NCBI GenBank assembly: GCA_964511535.1
Contig: CAZEFW010000015.1
Span: forward strand, 3,754-67,753
Direction of reading: 5' to 3'
Length of the DNA stretch: 64,000 nucleotides
DNA from: an uncultured Myxococcales bacterium
Lineage (GTDB): Bacteria > Myxococcota_A > Polyangia > GCA-2747355 > CAZCFB01
Each line of letters opens with the position of its first letter. Position 1 is the first letter of the stretch. Made by a program: the position numbers and the translations under genes. Positions 29,472 to 39,392 of this stretch are shown in pieces. The notes under the pieces are model-generated. The model did not search any database. It was given only the letters and a program-made list of their open reading frames with translations, and was not told the DNA's origin.

Positions 29472-29920
29472 GAAATGAGCTAGCTTCCGCGGTCGCGGGC
29501 TGTTTTCGTCGAGGCGGTCAAGATGGCTATGAGTTCAGTAGCCTCCCTCAGGAGTCTGTCCGTGGGGCCGTCAGGCAGGAGATCCGATCTGACAGCCAGC
29601 CTCAGCCAGTAGCGTGACTCCCTCAGTTCTTTTGTACAGATCCTGAGCTTGTGGATGAAATCGGCTCTACTCTCTGCGCTTCTCGCCTCTTCGTAGTTCG
29701 CTCCCGGCGCGGTGCCTGCGCGAAGCAACTGTCCCTTGATGTGGGCGGTCGAGGGGGCTCCCTTGAATTTCGAGCAGATCCAAACAATGTTCGAGGCGAA
29801 GTTCAACAGCCTCTCGGATATATCCTGTCCAGGGCGTTTGTTTGTCATGCATGGTTTTCGCCCCTCGCCCTCGAATGTTGCTTCAATTTTTAATTTCTTG
29901 TTTCTTGTTCCTTGTTTTTT
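29442..29920. mobile_element. Small cassette bounded by perfect 21-bp inverted repeats (AAAAAACAAGGAACAAGAAAC at 29442..29462; reverse complement at 29900..29920) carrying a four-helix-bundle protein gene; AT-rich relative to its surroundings
   Basis: Inverted repeats seen directly; local GC is clearly lower than the flanks. Confidence 0.6.
29480..29848 (-). CDS. Four-helix-bundle protein (23S rRNA intervening-sequence protein family, PF05635-like)
   Basis: Pattern ERLLNFASNIVW...GANYEEA(R)S..S..DF..KL.I...EL.ES..WL.LA resembles the IVS four-helix-bundle family. Start at MTNKRP; the track ORF 29480..29947 extends into the right inverted repeat. Confidence 0.55.
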   Translation of the reverse strand: MTNKRPGQDISERLLNFASNIVWICSKFKGAPSTAHIKGQLLRAGTAPGANYEEARSAESRADFIHKLRICTKELRESRYWLRLAVRSDLLPDGPTDRLLREATELIAILTASTKTARDRGS

Positions 29921-29995
29921 GTTGTCATTTTTTGTTCCCCTTCGCACATCTTCAAGCCGCTATCGTATTAGGATCTCCCTCTCTCAGGAGTTCAT

Positions 29996-30691
29996 ATGCC
30001 CTCGATAACGGTTCTTGTAATCGACGACGACGCTCACCTTCGCGAGGTGGCTCAGTACGCCCTGGAGCGGGAGGGGTATGTGGTGGAGACGGCGGCGGAT
30101 GGGGCGGCGGGGCTGGCTCGGGCTTTGGCTGGCGGTGTGGATCTGGTGGTGCTCGACGTCATGATGCCCGAGCTGGACGGGCGCGAGGTGTGCCGGCGCA
30201 TCCGGGCCGAGGGTAACCTGCCCATCATCTTCCTCTCATCCCGCGGCGACGAGGTGGACCGCATCGTCGGGCTCGAGCTGGGCGGGGACGATTACATGAC
30301 CAAGCCCTTCTCTCCGCGGGAGCTGGTGGCCCGGGTCAAGGCGGTGCTGCGGCGTCACAAGGCGCCGGCCGAGGCGGCGCCGGCGAAGGGCCCCGAGGTG
30401 CTCGAGCTGGGCCCGGTTCGGCTCGACCCCGCGCGCCACGAGCTCACCTGCCACGGCGAGCCGGTGGCGCTGACGGTCACCGAGTTCACGCTGCTGCAGG
30501 TCATGCTGGGGCGTCCGGGCCGGGTGATGACCCGCGCCGGGCTGGTGGAGGAGGTCTACAGCTTCAACCACCACATCACCGAGCGCACCATCGACACCCA
30601 CGTGCGCCGCATCCGCGCCAAGTTCCGCGCCCTGGACCATGATCCCATCGAGACGGTGCACGGCCTGGGCTACAAGGCCCGCGAGGCGTAG
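29996..30691 (+). CDS. OmpR/PhoB-family response regulator
   Basis: Receiver motifs ([14 protein letters not shown]) plus a winged-helix output domain. Confidence 0.9.
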   Translation: MPSITVLVIDDDAHLREVAQYALEREGYVVETAADGAAGLARALAGGVDLVVLDVMMPELDGREVCRRIRAEGNLPIIFLSSRGDEVDRIVGLELGGDDYMTKPFSPRELVARVKAVLRRHKAPAEAAPAKGPEVLELGPVRLDPARHELTCHGEPVALTVTEFTLLQVMLGRPGRVMTRAGLVEEVYSFNHHITERTIDTHVRRIRAKFRALDHDPIETVHGLGYKAREA

Positions 30692-30697
30692 GGCGCG

Positions 30698-32203
30698 GTG
30701 GACCGGTTGAGGCGCGCGCTGGCATGGCTGCACCGCCACCTGGTGGCCATCCGCACCCGGCTGCTGCTGATCAACCTGATCATCGTGATGGTGCCGGTGG
30801 TGGGCATCGAGTGGGCGCGCACCTTCGAGCGAGAGGGCCTGCAGGCGCTGGAGCAGGACATGCAGCACCAGGCCCAGCTGCTGCGCACGCTGCTGGAGAA
30901 GAACCTCGACTGGGCCGGGATCCCGCGGTTCGAGCTGGTCTCCCCTGCCCTGGAGGCCATGGCCAAGCGCACCCGCACGCGCATCCGCATCCTCGACCGG
31001 GAGGGGCGGCTGCTGGCGGACTCCCACCGGCGCGGCGCGCCCGAGGGGCCGGAGCCGGCCGTCTCCGGCCTCTGGACCCGGGGCAAGCAGCCCGAGCGGC
31101 GCCACGCGGCCACCAGGCCGTCCACCGATCCCGGGCCGGTGCTCGATCGCGTGGAGGTCCGCGCCGCGCGCAAGGGGCAGCTCGGCACCGCCACCCGCAT
31201 CCACAAGCGCATCGGGCGGGTGTTCCTGTTCCTCACCATGCCGGTGATGGTGGAGCGGCGGGTGCGCGGCATCGTCTACCTCACCCGCTCCACCGTGCCG
31301 GTAATGCAGTCGATGATCCGCCTGCGCCAGCACCTGATCCAGGTGCTGACCGTGGCCCTCTGCGTCACCGCCCTGCTTACGCTCTTTTTGGCCGGCACCA
31401 TCTCGCGCCCCCTCGCCCGGCTGAGCCGCTCGGCCGGCCGTATCAGCTCTGGCGACCGGACCATCAGCCTGCAGCTGCGACGCGCCGACGAGATCGGCCA
31501 GCTGGCGCGCACCTTCGACGATCTGGTGCAGCGCCTGGACGCCCGCGCGCGCTACATCTCGGAGTTCGCGGCGAACATGTCCCACGAGTTCAAGACGCCG
31601 CTGGCCTCCATCCGGGGCGCGGCCGAGCTGCTGGACGACGGGGCCGACGACGACCCGGCGGCGCGCCGGCGCTTCCTGGCCAACATCCAGGAGGACGTGG
31701 CGCGGCTGGACCGGCTGGTCTCGCGCATCCTGGAGCTGAGCCGCATCGAGGCCACCCTGGAGCTGCGCGAGCCGCTGGACCTGGCAGACCTGGTGCTCGA
31801 GGTGGCCGACCGGTTCCCCGACCACCCGGTGGAGGTGGAGCTGCTGCATGACCGCCTGCCCTATAGCGGCAACGGGCCCCACCTCACCGCGGCCATGGCC
31901 GCGCTGGTTGAGAACGCAGTGCGGTTCAGCCCGGACGAGAGTCCGGTGGTGCTGCGCGCCGCCGCCGCGGGAGACGGCGGGGTGGTCATCTCGGTCATCG
32001 ACCGCGGCCCCGGCATCAGCGCGGCGAACCGGGACAAGGTGTTCGAGCGCTTCTTCACCACCGAGAGCAAGCGGGGCGGCACCGGCCTGGGCCTGGCCAT
32101 CGTCACGGCGGTGGTGGGGGCCCACGGCGGGGAGGTGACCCTGCAGAGCGAGCCGGGCGAGGGGACCACCTTCACCATCGAGCTGCCGCCCGCGGCGGCG
32201 TGA
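30698..32203 (+). CDS. Sensor histidine kinase (two TM helices, HAMP, HisKA, HATPase_c)
   Basis: H-box HEFKTPLASIRG; N, G1 and G2 boxes (DRGPGI, GGTGLGL). Confidence 0.9.
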   Translation: MDRLRRALAWLHRHLVAIRTRLLLINLIIVMVPVVGIEWARTFEREGLQALEQDMQHQAQLLRTLLEKNLDWAGIPRFELVSPALEAMAKRTRTRIRILDREGRLLADSHRRGAPEGPEPAVSGLWTRGKQPERRHAATRPSTDPGPVLDRVEVRAARKGQLGTATRIHKRIGRVFLFLTMPVMVERRVRGIVYLTRSTVPVMQSMIRLRQHLIQVLTVALCVTALLTLFLAGTISRPLARLSRSAGRISSGDRTISLQLRRADEIGQLARTFDDLVQRLDARARYISEFAANMSHEFKTPLASIRGAAELLDDGADDDPAARRRFLANIQEDVARLDRLVSRILELSRIEATLELREPLDLADLVLEVADRFPDHPVEVELLHDRLPYSGNGPHLTAAMAALVENAVRFSPDESPVVLRAAAAGDGGVVISVIDRGPGISAANRDKVFERFFTTESKRGGTGLGLAIVTAVVGAHGGEVTLQSEPGEGTTFTIELPPAAA

Positions 32204-33313
32204 TCACAGCCGGGTCAGGAAGAACACCAGGCTGCGCAGCTGCTCGTCGCGCAGCTGCGCGCTGTGGTGGTAGGTGGTGAAGCCTGCTCTGCCCTGCCCT
32301 TGATCCCAGACCACCACGTGGGGCTCGCCGGTCTCCCGATCCGACAGCAGCACCCGGGTGCCTCGCTGCGCCTGCTTCAGCCGGCGCCACCCGCCGAGGT
32401 TGAAGTTGATCTGAACCTCCGAAGTGGGCGCCAGGAACGACGCCATCTCCGGATCGGCGGGCCGCGCCCATCGCCGCTGAACGCCGTGATTGCCCGGCCG
32501 GGGGGTCAACCGTCCGGGCCACGCCTGAAGCAGCTTCGGCAGGGTCAGGTCCGAGAAGTAGAGCGCCCCACCCTGCTGGACGAACCGACGCAGCCGCGTC
32601 ACCTCGGCGTCCTTCAGCGCGCGGGGGTGCCTGCAGTTGATGAAGGCCAGGTCGAACTTCTCACGATCCAGCTCGCCGTACGCGTCGGGGCCGAGCAACT
32701 CGAAGGGCACGCCGAGGCTGGCCAGGATCACCTCCACCCGGTCGAAGCGGCCCCTGAGCACCGCCGTGCGCACGAGGGCCTTTTCCACGCGAAAGACGCG
32801 CCGCTCCACGCCCGCCTCCAGCTCCACCGAGAAGCTGCCGCGGAAGGATCGCACGCGGAATTCGCCCCGGTAGCGCCCCACTGCCAGGCCCGTGATGGCG
32901 AAGCGCCCGCAGCCGTCGGATCGGGCCCGGGCCACCTCCGCGCCGGCCTCCACGCGCAGGACGATCTCGGCCGCCGCCAGGGGCACCTGGCTCAGCGGCA
33001 GCTTCAGCCGCCCCTGCAGGGTGGCCTCCCCCCGGCCCGCCACCACCACCGCCTCGCCGGTCAGCGGGCCCTGGCAGTGAGCGCGCTCTGCCTCACGGGC
33101 GTCGAGCCGGCCGCGCAGCTTCTTGACCAGCCGGGCCATCAGCGCGGTCCCCTCGGGCCCCCTGGCCCGCTCCAGCAGGGCCTCGAGCCGGCCACGCTTT
33201 GTCTTTTTCAGGGCTGGCTCGGCAGGTGGCGCCGCACCGGAGCACGCCCCCAGCGTCACCAGGAGAAACGCCAGGGCCGAGCAGACGCCGCCGCGCCTCA
33301 CAGCCCCGGGCAT
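32204..33313 (-). CDS. Lipoprotein with a carboxypeptidase-regulatory-like beta-sandwich segment and a GATase1/ThuA-like C-terminal domain
   Basis: Signal peptide plus lipobox (LVTLGAC) from MPGAV; GCGRFAITGLAVGRY motif; C-terminus (ILASLGVPF...FINCRH...GGALYFSD) is related to family A. Confidence 0.5.
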   Translation of the reverse strand: MPGAVRRGGVCSALAFLLVTLGACSGAAPPAEPALKKTKRGRLEALLERARGPEGTALMARLVKKLRGRLDAREAERAHCQGPLTGEAVVVAGRGEATLQGRLKLPLSQVPLAAAEIVLRVEAGAEVARARSDGCGRFAITGLAVGRYRGEFRVRSFRGSFSVELEAGVERRVFRVEKALVRTAVLRGRFDRVEVILASLGVPFELLGPDAYGELDREKFDLAFINCRHPRALKDAEVTRLRRFVQQGGALYFSDLTLPKLLQAWPGRLTPRPGNHGVQRRWARPADPEMASFLAPTSEVQINFNLGGWRRLKQAQRGTRVLLSDRETGEPHVVVWDQGQGRAGFTTYHHSAQLRDEQLRSLVFFLTRL

Positions 33314-34359
33314 CGCCGACGATCGCGCTGGCGCAGCAGCAGCACCGCCTCGGGGGCCACGGCGAACCATCGGGCGCCAGGCAGCGTGATCCGCAGCCAC
33401 CCCTCGCCGCCGCCGTTGTGGGCCCGCACCCGGGCCCCCTGCCGCACCACCCCGACGCGCGCGGTCTTGCCCCCGGCGCGGGCGTAGAGCTTGAGGTCCA
33501 CCGGGCAGGCCACGGCGCCGTCCGAGATCGGCTCGCTGGAGGCAGGCTCCCCGATGCCCACCGGCGTCTGCTCGCCGCCCTTGCGGCGCAGGGCGCGCGC
33601 GTTGACCCAGCCCACGATGTCCAGGTTCCAGGCGGGGGTCAGGATCTTCATCCGTCCCTTCTTCAGCTTGATGAAGTACATCTGCCGACCGGAGTCCGCG
33701 TCGAAGAATGGGTCCTTGATGGCAGGCGGCAGGAAGATCCGCGGCCCGCCCCCCGGCTCCGCGGACACGGGCACCTCCTCCTTCAGCCGAACCCAGCGCA
33801 TCTCGGCGTGCCGCTTGACCCCGTGGGTCTTGCGGAACCTGGCGCCCGCCCCCTCCTCGAGCCCCACGTCAGCGCACATCACCATGGCGCTGGTTCGCGG
33901 GTTGACGGCCCGGTAGGACCGGTGCAGCTCGGGGAAGCCCACCTTGACCCTCCCCTTTTTGCCGCCCAGCCATCGCAGCCTGGTGCGCTGGTGAGCATGC
34001 AGCACCTCGCTGACCCTGATGGGGCGCTGAGGATAGAGCAGGTCCCGGCTCTCCACCCCCCCGTTGAGCACCACCCCGCCATGCTCCAGCTTCACCCGGG
34101 GCGGCACAGCCTCGTTCTCGGGCAGCTCCACCCGCGCCTCCAGCGCTGCCCAGAGGCGGAGCCGCACGAACCGCGGTGAGGTCCCGTCCGGGGTCGGGCT
34201 CTGGGCCTCGCGCACGCTCCAGGTCTTGGTGCGGTAGGTGCAAGCGATGGCCCCCTTCTTCTCAACGGGCAGAAACAGCGCGGGGCCGTGGGCATGCTCG
34301 GCCAGCGCCGGAGCGGGGAGCAGCAAAACAAGCGAGGCTATGAGGCTAAGACGGCTCAT
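33298..34359 (-). CDS. Secreted hypothetical protein (start MSRLSLIAS...)
   Basis: Signal peptide; consistent codon usage. Confidence 0.5.
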   Translation of the reverse strand: MSRLSLIASLVLLLPAPALAEHAHGPALFLPVEKKGAIACTYRTKTWSVREAQSPTPDGTSPRFVRLRLWAALEARVELPENEAVPPRVKLEHGGVVLNGGVESRDLLYPQRPIRVSEVLHAHQRTRLRWLGGKKGRVKVGFPELHRSYRAVNPRTSAMVMCADVGLEEGAGARFRKTHGVKRHAEMRWVRLKEEVPVSAEPGGGPRIFLPPAIKDPFFDADSGRQMYFIKLKKGRMKILTPAWNLDIVGWVNARALRRKGGEQTPVGIGEPASSEPISDGAVACPVDLKLYARAGGKTARVGVVRQGARVRAHNGGGEGWLRITLPGARWFAVAPEAVLLLRQRDRRRCPGL

Positions 34360-34420
34360 ACGAGCACCAATGCCTAAGATCCTACACCAAGGTTGGCCTG
34401 GACGCCCAAAAGTGGCCGGG

Positions 34421-34476
34421 CAACAGTCGACCGTTAGTAGTCGACAGTTCACAGTCGACAGTTGACACCCAACAGC
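34421..34476. repeat. Repeat family 2 (GTCGACAGTT-type: CAACAGTCGACCGTTAGTAGTCGACAGTTCACAGTCGACAGTTGACA)
   Basis: Related copies at 46541..46573 and in the inverted pair 47909..47938 / 48009..48040. Confidence 0.7.
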
Positions 34477-34510
34477 TTGGGGTCGGTCGTCTTCAGTCGG
34501 CAGGGCACCC

Positions 34511-34791
34511 TCCCCTCAAGCCTCAAGCCCCAAGCCGCCGAGCGCAGCGAGGCCACGGATCACGCGGCAGGATGCCGCGTCTACACAAGCCGCCGAGCGA
34601 AGCGAGGCCCAACCATCTCCCCTGAAGTCTGAAGCCCGAAGCCTGAAGCCGGCGAGCGCAGCGAGCCAGCCATCTCCCCTCAAGCCTCAAGTCTCAAGCC
34701 CCAAGTCTCAAGCCGGCGAGCGAAGCTCGCCAGCCATCTCCCCTGAAGCCCGAAGCCTGAAGCCTGAAGCCAGGCGAGCGAAGCTCGGCCC
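34511..34791. repeat. Array of about four units of repeat family 1 (CATCTCCCCT[C/G]AAG[C/T]CT[C/G]AAGCC...GCGAGCG[A/C]AGCGAGCC)
   Basis: Direct inspection. Confidence 0.8.
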
Positions 34792-36609
34792 CTACGGCGG
34801 GTAGGCGCCGCCGCACTTCTTCCACCACCAGCTCACCATGGGCAGCTTGAGCGAAGTGGGGAAGACATGGTGGCCGCCCTTGAACTCGGTGTAGGTCACG
34901 TCGTAGCCGGCGGTCTTGAGGTTCTTGGAGATGGCCCGTGCGTTGGCCACGGGCAGGATCTTGTCCGCGTCGCCGTGGGTGATCCAGAACGGCGGCTTGT
35001 GGCCGGCCAGCGCCTTTTTGCCCATGCCGCCCGGCGAGTTGGGCATGGCCGCGCAGAACGACTTGTGGTTCAGGCCCATGTACAGCGTCATGGATCCGCC
35101 GTCGCTGAAGCCCTCCACCGCCACCCTGTTGCCCGCCACGTTGTAGCGCCCCTTGAGCCAGCTGAGCGCCTTGATGATGGGCGCCTCCTCGTCCACCGGG
35201 TTGCTCGGCGACGGGTAGAACACCGCCGAAAGATCCCATGACTTCTTCATGGACGATGGGGCCAGCACGATGAAGCCGGTCTCCTCGGCCAGGGTCTTCC
35301 AGACGTTGACCATCCAGATCCCCTGCTCATAGGCGCCGTGCAGCGCCACCAGCACCGGCGTCGGCCGGTGGGCGTCGTAGGAGGTGGGGATGATGTACTT
35401 GCCCTGGATGCCCACGGTGGCCGACGGCAGGTCGAAGATGCCGCCCGACATGTTGCCCGCCTTGCCCGAGGGCAATCCCCCCTTCTCCGGCGCCGGCGCG
35501 CCGATGGCCTTGAACCCGGACGGCACCGCCACGTTGAGGTTGCTGCCCGAGGCCGCCACCTTGAGCGCGGTCGTCCCCCCGCCGTGGGTGGCGTGGCAGG
35601 TCACCCCGTTGGGCTTGGTGTAGCTGCTGCCGCCGATGTCCACGTAGAAGCGCACCTTGTCCCCGGGCCGGGCCAGGCCGAGGTGCGGGAACAGCCGCCC
35701 CTTGCCGATCTGCGCCGACAGGCGGCAGCTGTAGATGGCGTCGCCCTTCTTCTTGTCCCCCTTGAGCCCCTCGTCGTTGCACAGCAGCGGCGCCCAGTGG
35801 GTGGCCGTGGAGCGGATCACCACCGCCTGATACCCCGGGTCCACCTTCTTGCCCGACAGGTACTTGTTGTCCACGGTCCACAGCAGGTCCACGCCGGCGC
35901 GCGGCGGCAGCTTGTGGCCGGGCATGTTCACCGTGCCGCCGCCCGGCTTGATGGTCACCTTGGCGTTTCCCGACGAGGGCCACATCCATCCGGCTGGCGA
36001 GATCAGGCCGTACTGATAGGTGGTGGTGGAGCCGGGCTGGGCGTAGACCACGGTGCCGAGCTTGTGGTCCCACGCCTTGGATCCGGGGCCCTCCCGGCCG
36101 CCCGGCCCGTCGTCCCACAGCGGTACGAAGGGCCCGCTCCACTTGCTGTCGGGCGAGATGACGTTGGTCTTGGGGTTGTACTTGAAGTTCCCCTTGAGCA
36201 GCAGCTCACCGCCGGAGTAGGTCTTGTCGATGCTGTCGTCCACGCTGATCCGCAGGATCACCGCGCCGGGCGGGGGCGGCGGCAGCTTGGCCGACACCTG
36301 GCCGTCCTTCTTGGGCGTCGCCTTGTCGGGCTGGGGCTGGCCCTTGTCCTTCTTGGGCCCCACCGGACCGTCCTTCTTCGGGTTGACCGGCCCGTCCTTC
36401 TTCGGGTTGACCGGTCCGTCCTTCTTCGGGTTGACCGGTCCATCCTTCTTCGGGCCGACCTTGCCGTCCTTCTTCGGGCCTACCTTGCTGTCCTTGCCCG
36501 GGCCCAGGTCCGCCCCGGTGCCCACATCCACGCCCTCGAAGCCATCGTCGCTGCAGCCGGCCAGGGCCAGGAGCAGGGACATGGCCGCGGCCATGCTCGT
36601 TCTGTTCAT
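34792..36609 (-). CDS. Lipoprotein with (KKDGPVNP)n repeats and a C-terminal alpha/beta-hydrolase domain (esterase/PHB-depolymerase-like)
   Basis: Lipobox LALAGC; GxSxG-type nucleophile elbow GFSDGGSM; VLVALHGAYEQG block; 24-bp tandem DNA repeats at about 36363..36460. Confidence 0.6.
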   Translation of the reverse strand: MNRTSMAAAMSLLLALAGCSDDGFEGVDVGTGADLGPGKDSKVGPKKDGKVGPKKDGPVNPKKDGPVNPKKDGPVNPKKDGPVGPKKDKGQPQPDKATPKKDGQVSAKLPPPPPGAVILRISVDDSIDKTYSGGELLLKGNFKYNPKTNVISPDSKWSGPFVPLWDDGPGGREGPGSKAWDHKLGTVVYAQPGSTTTYQYGLISPAGWMWPSSGNAKVTIKPGGGTVNMPGHKLPPRAGVDLLWTVDNKYLSGKKVDPGYQAVVIRSTATHWAPLLCNDEGLKGDKKKGDAIYSCRLSAQIGKGRLFPHLGLARPGDKVRFYVDIGGSSYTKPNGVTCHATHGGGTTALKVAASGSNLNVAVPSGFKAIGAPAPEKGGLPSGKAGNMSGGIFDLPSATVGIQGKYIIPTSYDAHRPTPVLVALHGAYEQGIWMVNVWKTLAEETGFIVLAPSSMKKSWDLSAVFYPSPSNPVDEEAPIIKALSWLKGRYNVAGNRVAVEGFSDGGSMTLYMGLNHKSFCAAMPNSPGGMGKKALAGHKPPFWITHGDADKILPVANARAISKNLKTAGYDVTYTEFKGGHHVFPTSLKLPMVSWWWKKCGGAYPP

Positions 36610-36657
36610 GATTGCTGCCTCTGAAAGGTTAAGCCTCAGTCTATTTCCGACCCGCTG

Positions 36658-39225
36658 TTACCGCTTGTAGTTCTGCCGTCCCTTGTAGCCGCCGCCCCGC
36701 TGGCCCTTGGCGTTCCAGCCGGACTTGTTCTTCACCACCTTCAGGTGAGGCCGCCCCTGGACCACCTGCTTCTTGTGAAACTTGGTGGTCTTCTTGGCCT
36801 TCGCCTTGCGCACCCGCGGCGCCTTGAGCTTGTGGGTGTGGAGCGCCGCGGTGCCCGACTTCTGGATCGCCCGCTGCAGAGCGCGCTGGTGGCGCGGCGT
36901 GCGGGGTTTGGTGGTCTTCTTGGTGGTGGCGGTCTTCTTCTTGCCCCTGGAGGCCTGCCGCGAGCGCTCGTTGTTGAACAGCGCCTTGCTCACCGCGCGC
37001 AGGGAGTTGGACTTGAGCGCCCCGCGGCTACCGCCGCGCCGCCGCGCCTCCACGGAGAGGGCCACCTGCACGTCGCTGCTGTCGAGCACCGACTGGATCC
37101 CCTTGCCGTAGTTGCGCCCGCCGTTGTTGAGCCACTTCTTGTTGCGGCCGGTGGCGTCGAAGAACGCGGCCCGGATCTTCTTGATCGGCGCCTCGCCCAG
37201 CGGGATGTCATAGGTCGCCTCCGCCCCGTTTACCGAGGAGGGGCTGTAGTCCTTCCAGCTGTCGCCGCCCAGGTTCAGGTGGAGCTTGTAGTTCTTGCCG
37301 GTGCGCAGGCCCAGCGGGTCGCCCTTGACCGTGACCCGCACCATGTCCTTGGTGCCGTTGGAGAGCTGCTGGATGGTGACGCCGTCCTCCTTGTGCTTGC
37401 TCAGCACCAGGTAGCCGTCCCGGGTCTTGGGCGCCCGACCGCCCAGCACCATGTCCGCGGTGTGCACCGCCGAGCCCGGGCCGAGCACGTTGTTCTTGCG
37501 CATGAAGGCGTTGAGGTCGGCGCGCACCTGGTTCAGGGGCTCGCCGCCCTTGACCCGGTCGGTGACGCTGATGGAGTAGTCGCGCAGGTCCTGGCGCACC
37601 AGAGAGACGGCGTGGCGGTTGCGGTGCCCTGCCCGCTCCTTCATCAGCTTGATGCGCCCGCGCGCCTCGGCGGCGCCCAGCTTGCCCACCACCGGCTTGA
37701 TCACCTTGTCGTAGGCCTCCACCAGCATCTTGGCGCGGTTGGTGTCCGTGGTGTCCAGCTTGGCCCCCGGGCGCATGGCCCTGGCCACCGCGTCCACCCG
37801 CTGCGCCATGGTCATGGTGCCCAGCTTCGTCTCCGGCAGCTTGTTCAGCGCGGCGAACATGTCGTAGCGCGCCGGGTTCTCCACCTGGGTGCTCTTGCCC
37901 ATCTTGTGCTTCTTGCCCTGCTCCACGATGTTGCCCATGGTGGTGAAGGCCGTCATGAAGGTCTTGGCCGCGCCGCGGTCCTTGTTCATGGCCTTCTTGG
38001 CCTCGGCCTTGGACATGCCCGCGTGCAGCAGGGTGTTCTGGGTGAAGCGGCGCTCCAGCATGCCGTCGGCGATCTTGTCCGGGCGCAGCTTCTTGAGCTC
38101 CTTCTGCTCCGCCGGTGTGGCGGACTTCATCATCAGGTTGTACAGCTCGGTCTTGACGTAGCGGTCCATGACGAACTTGGGCTCGCCGCCGTAGCCGATC
38201 CACTTGGAGAAGAAGGAGTAGTTCTTGTGGGTCCGGTCCACGGTGGAGCCGGTGCCGTGGTCCATGTTCTCCATCAGGCCGATGTTGTCGTAGGTGGTGG
38301 AGCCGTGCACCGTGCGCAGGAAGAACATGTCGGCCATCTCGTTGGCCTTGCGCTGGGTCAGCGTCTTGTACAGGCCGGGGATGGACATCTTGCGGCTGCG
38401 GCCCATCTCCATGCTCACCTGGGTGTTGGCGAAGTCCACCAGCTGGCGCAGGGCCTTCTTGTCGTTGCGCACCAGGTTCCAGTGGGCCAGGCGGGTGAAG
38501 TTGCCGCCACGGATCAGCAGGCCGGCGCGCTCGCGCCCGCCGTTGGGGTGGACGATGTCGCTGCCGCTGTCGATGACCGCCAGCCACTTGTTGGTCTTTA
38601 TGCCGTTGCGGGAGAGGTAGTCGGAGAACAGCGCGTCCTCGGTGGCCTGGCGCAGCGACTCCTTGCCGTGGCGGTGGCCGAAGCCTTTCCAGTTGGGGTG
38701 CAGCCCGGTGCCAACGCCCTTGACCTGGATGTCGTACACGCCGGTGATGTTGCCCTTGCGATCCTTGATCACCACCTCGCCCGTGAGCGCGGCGCGGCCG
38801 TCGCCCTTGACGCCCTTTTCGCCGCCGCGGGCGTCCGCGTAGCGCGTGGCCAGGCCCATGTGGGTGTGCTTACCGGCCTTGATCTCGGCCTCGGTGGCCG
38901 GGCGGAAGGCGAAGTTGTTGACCACGCCCTTCTCGAGGTTGTGGTCATGGCGGCTGCCGGGGGAGGTCCGGAAGCCCAGCCTCTTGAGCTCGCGATGGTT
39001 GGCCATCACCACCCGCGCGCCCTCCTCGCGTACCAGCGGGACCTCCTTGACCATGGTCTTGCGGACCTGGTTATCGAAGGCCCTGCCAAAGCTGCTGCCG
39101 CCAGAGAAGCGGGCCAGCTGACCGGGCTCCTGGGCGTGGGCGGCTGAGAGGCTCAGGGCGAGCACGCCGGCCATCAGCGCGGTGGCCAGCTGCTTCAGGA
39201 TATGATTTCGGCGGTTCAATCTCAT
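36658..39225 (-). CDS. Secreted SelO/YdiU (UPF0061)-like pseudokinase-fold protein with a long Lys-rich C-terminal extension (about 855 aa)
   Basis: Signal peptide (start MRLNRR, with GGAG RBS). Blocks match SelO/YdiU conserved motifs: GDGRAALTGE, DIQVKGVGTG, ERAGLLIRGGNFTRLAHWN, HGSTTYDNIGLMENMDHGTGSTVD (cf. E. coli YdiU GDGRGILLGE / DWHLKGAGLTP / GAMLMRVAPSHLRFGHFE / [25 protein letters not shown]). Lower GC than neighbours. Confidence 0.6.
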   Translation of the reverse strand: MRLNRRNHILKQLATALMAGVLALSLSAAHAQEPGQLARFSGGSSFGRAFDNQVRKTMVKEVPLVREEGARVVMANHRELKRLGFRTSPGSRHDHNLEKGVVNNFAFRPATEAEIKAGKHTHMGLATRYADARGGEKGVKGDGRAALTGEVVIKDRKGNITGVYDIQVKGVGTGLHPNWKGFGHRHGKESLRQATEDALFSDYLSRNGIKTNKWLAVIDSGSDIVHPNGGRERAGLLIRGGNFTRLAHWNLVRNDKKALRQLVDFANTQVSMEMGRSRKMSIPGLYKTLTQRKANEMADMFFLRTVHGSTTYDNIGLMENMDHGTGSTVDRTHKNYSFFSKWIGYGGEPKFVMDRYVKTELYNLMMKSATPAEQKELKKLRPDKIADGMLERRFTQNTLLHAGMSKAEAKKAMNKDRGAAKTFMTAFTTMGNIVEQGKKHKMGKSTQVENPARYDMFAALNKLPETKLGTMTMAQRVDAVARAMRPGAKLDTTDTNRAKMLVEAYDKVIKPVVGKLGAAEARGRIKLMKERAGHRNRHAVSLVRQDLRDYSISVTDRVKGGEPLNQVRADLNAFMRKNNVLGPGSAVHTADMVLGGRAPKTRDGYLVLSKHKEDGVTIQQLSNGTKDMVRVTVKGDPLGLRTGKNYKLHLNLGGDSWKDYSPSSVNGAEATYDIPLGEAPIKKIRAAFFDATGRNKKWLNNGGRNYGKGIQSVLDSSDVQVALSVEARRRGGSRGALKSNSLRAVSKALFNNERSRQASRGKKKTATTKKTTKPRTPRHQRALQRAIQKSGTAALHTHKLKAPRVRKAKAKKTTKFHKKQVVQGRPHLKVVKNKSGWNAKGQRGGGYKGRQNYKR

Positions 39226-39392
39226 GTCACGCAATCTCCAGCACCTCTTTATAGCAACAGAGGTGCCAGATCGTAAAATCAAAAATTACGCTTACTTGAA
39301 AGATCGGGCTGGGGTGAGATGACCCTGGCGGTGGTACCCCGGGTGGCCACCTGGGGGCCGGATCCCTCAAATGCCCCATGCTCTCGGGGTGT

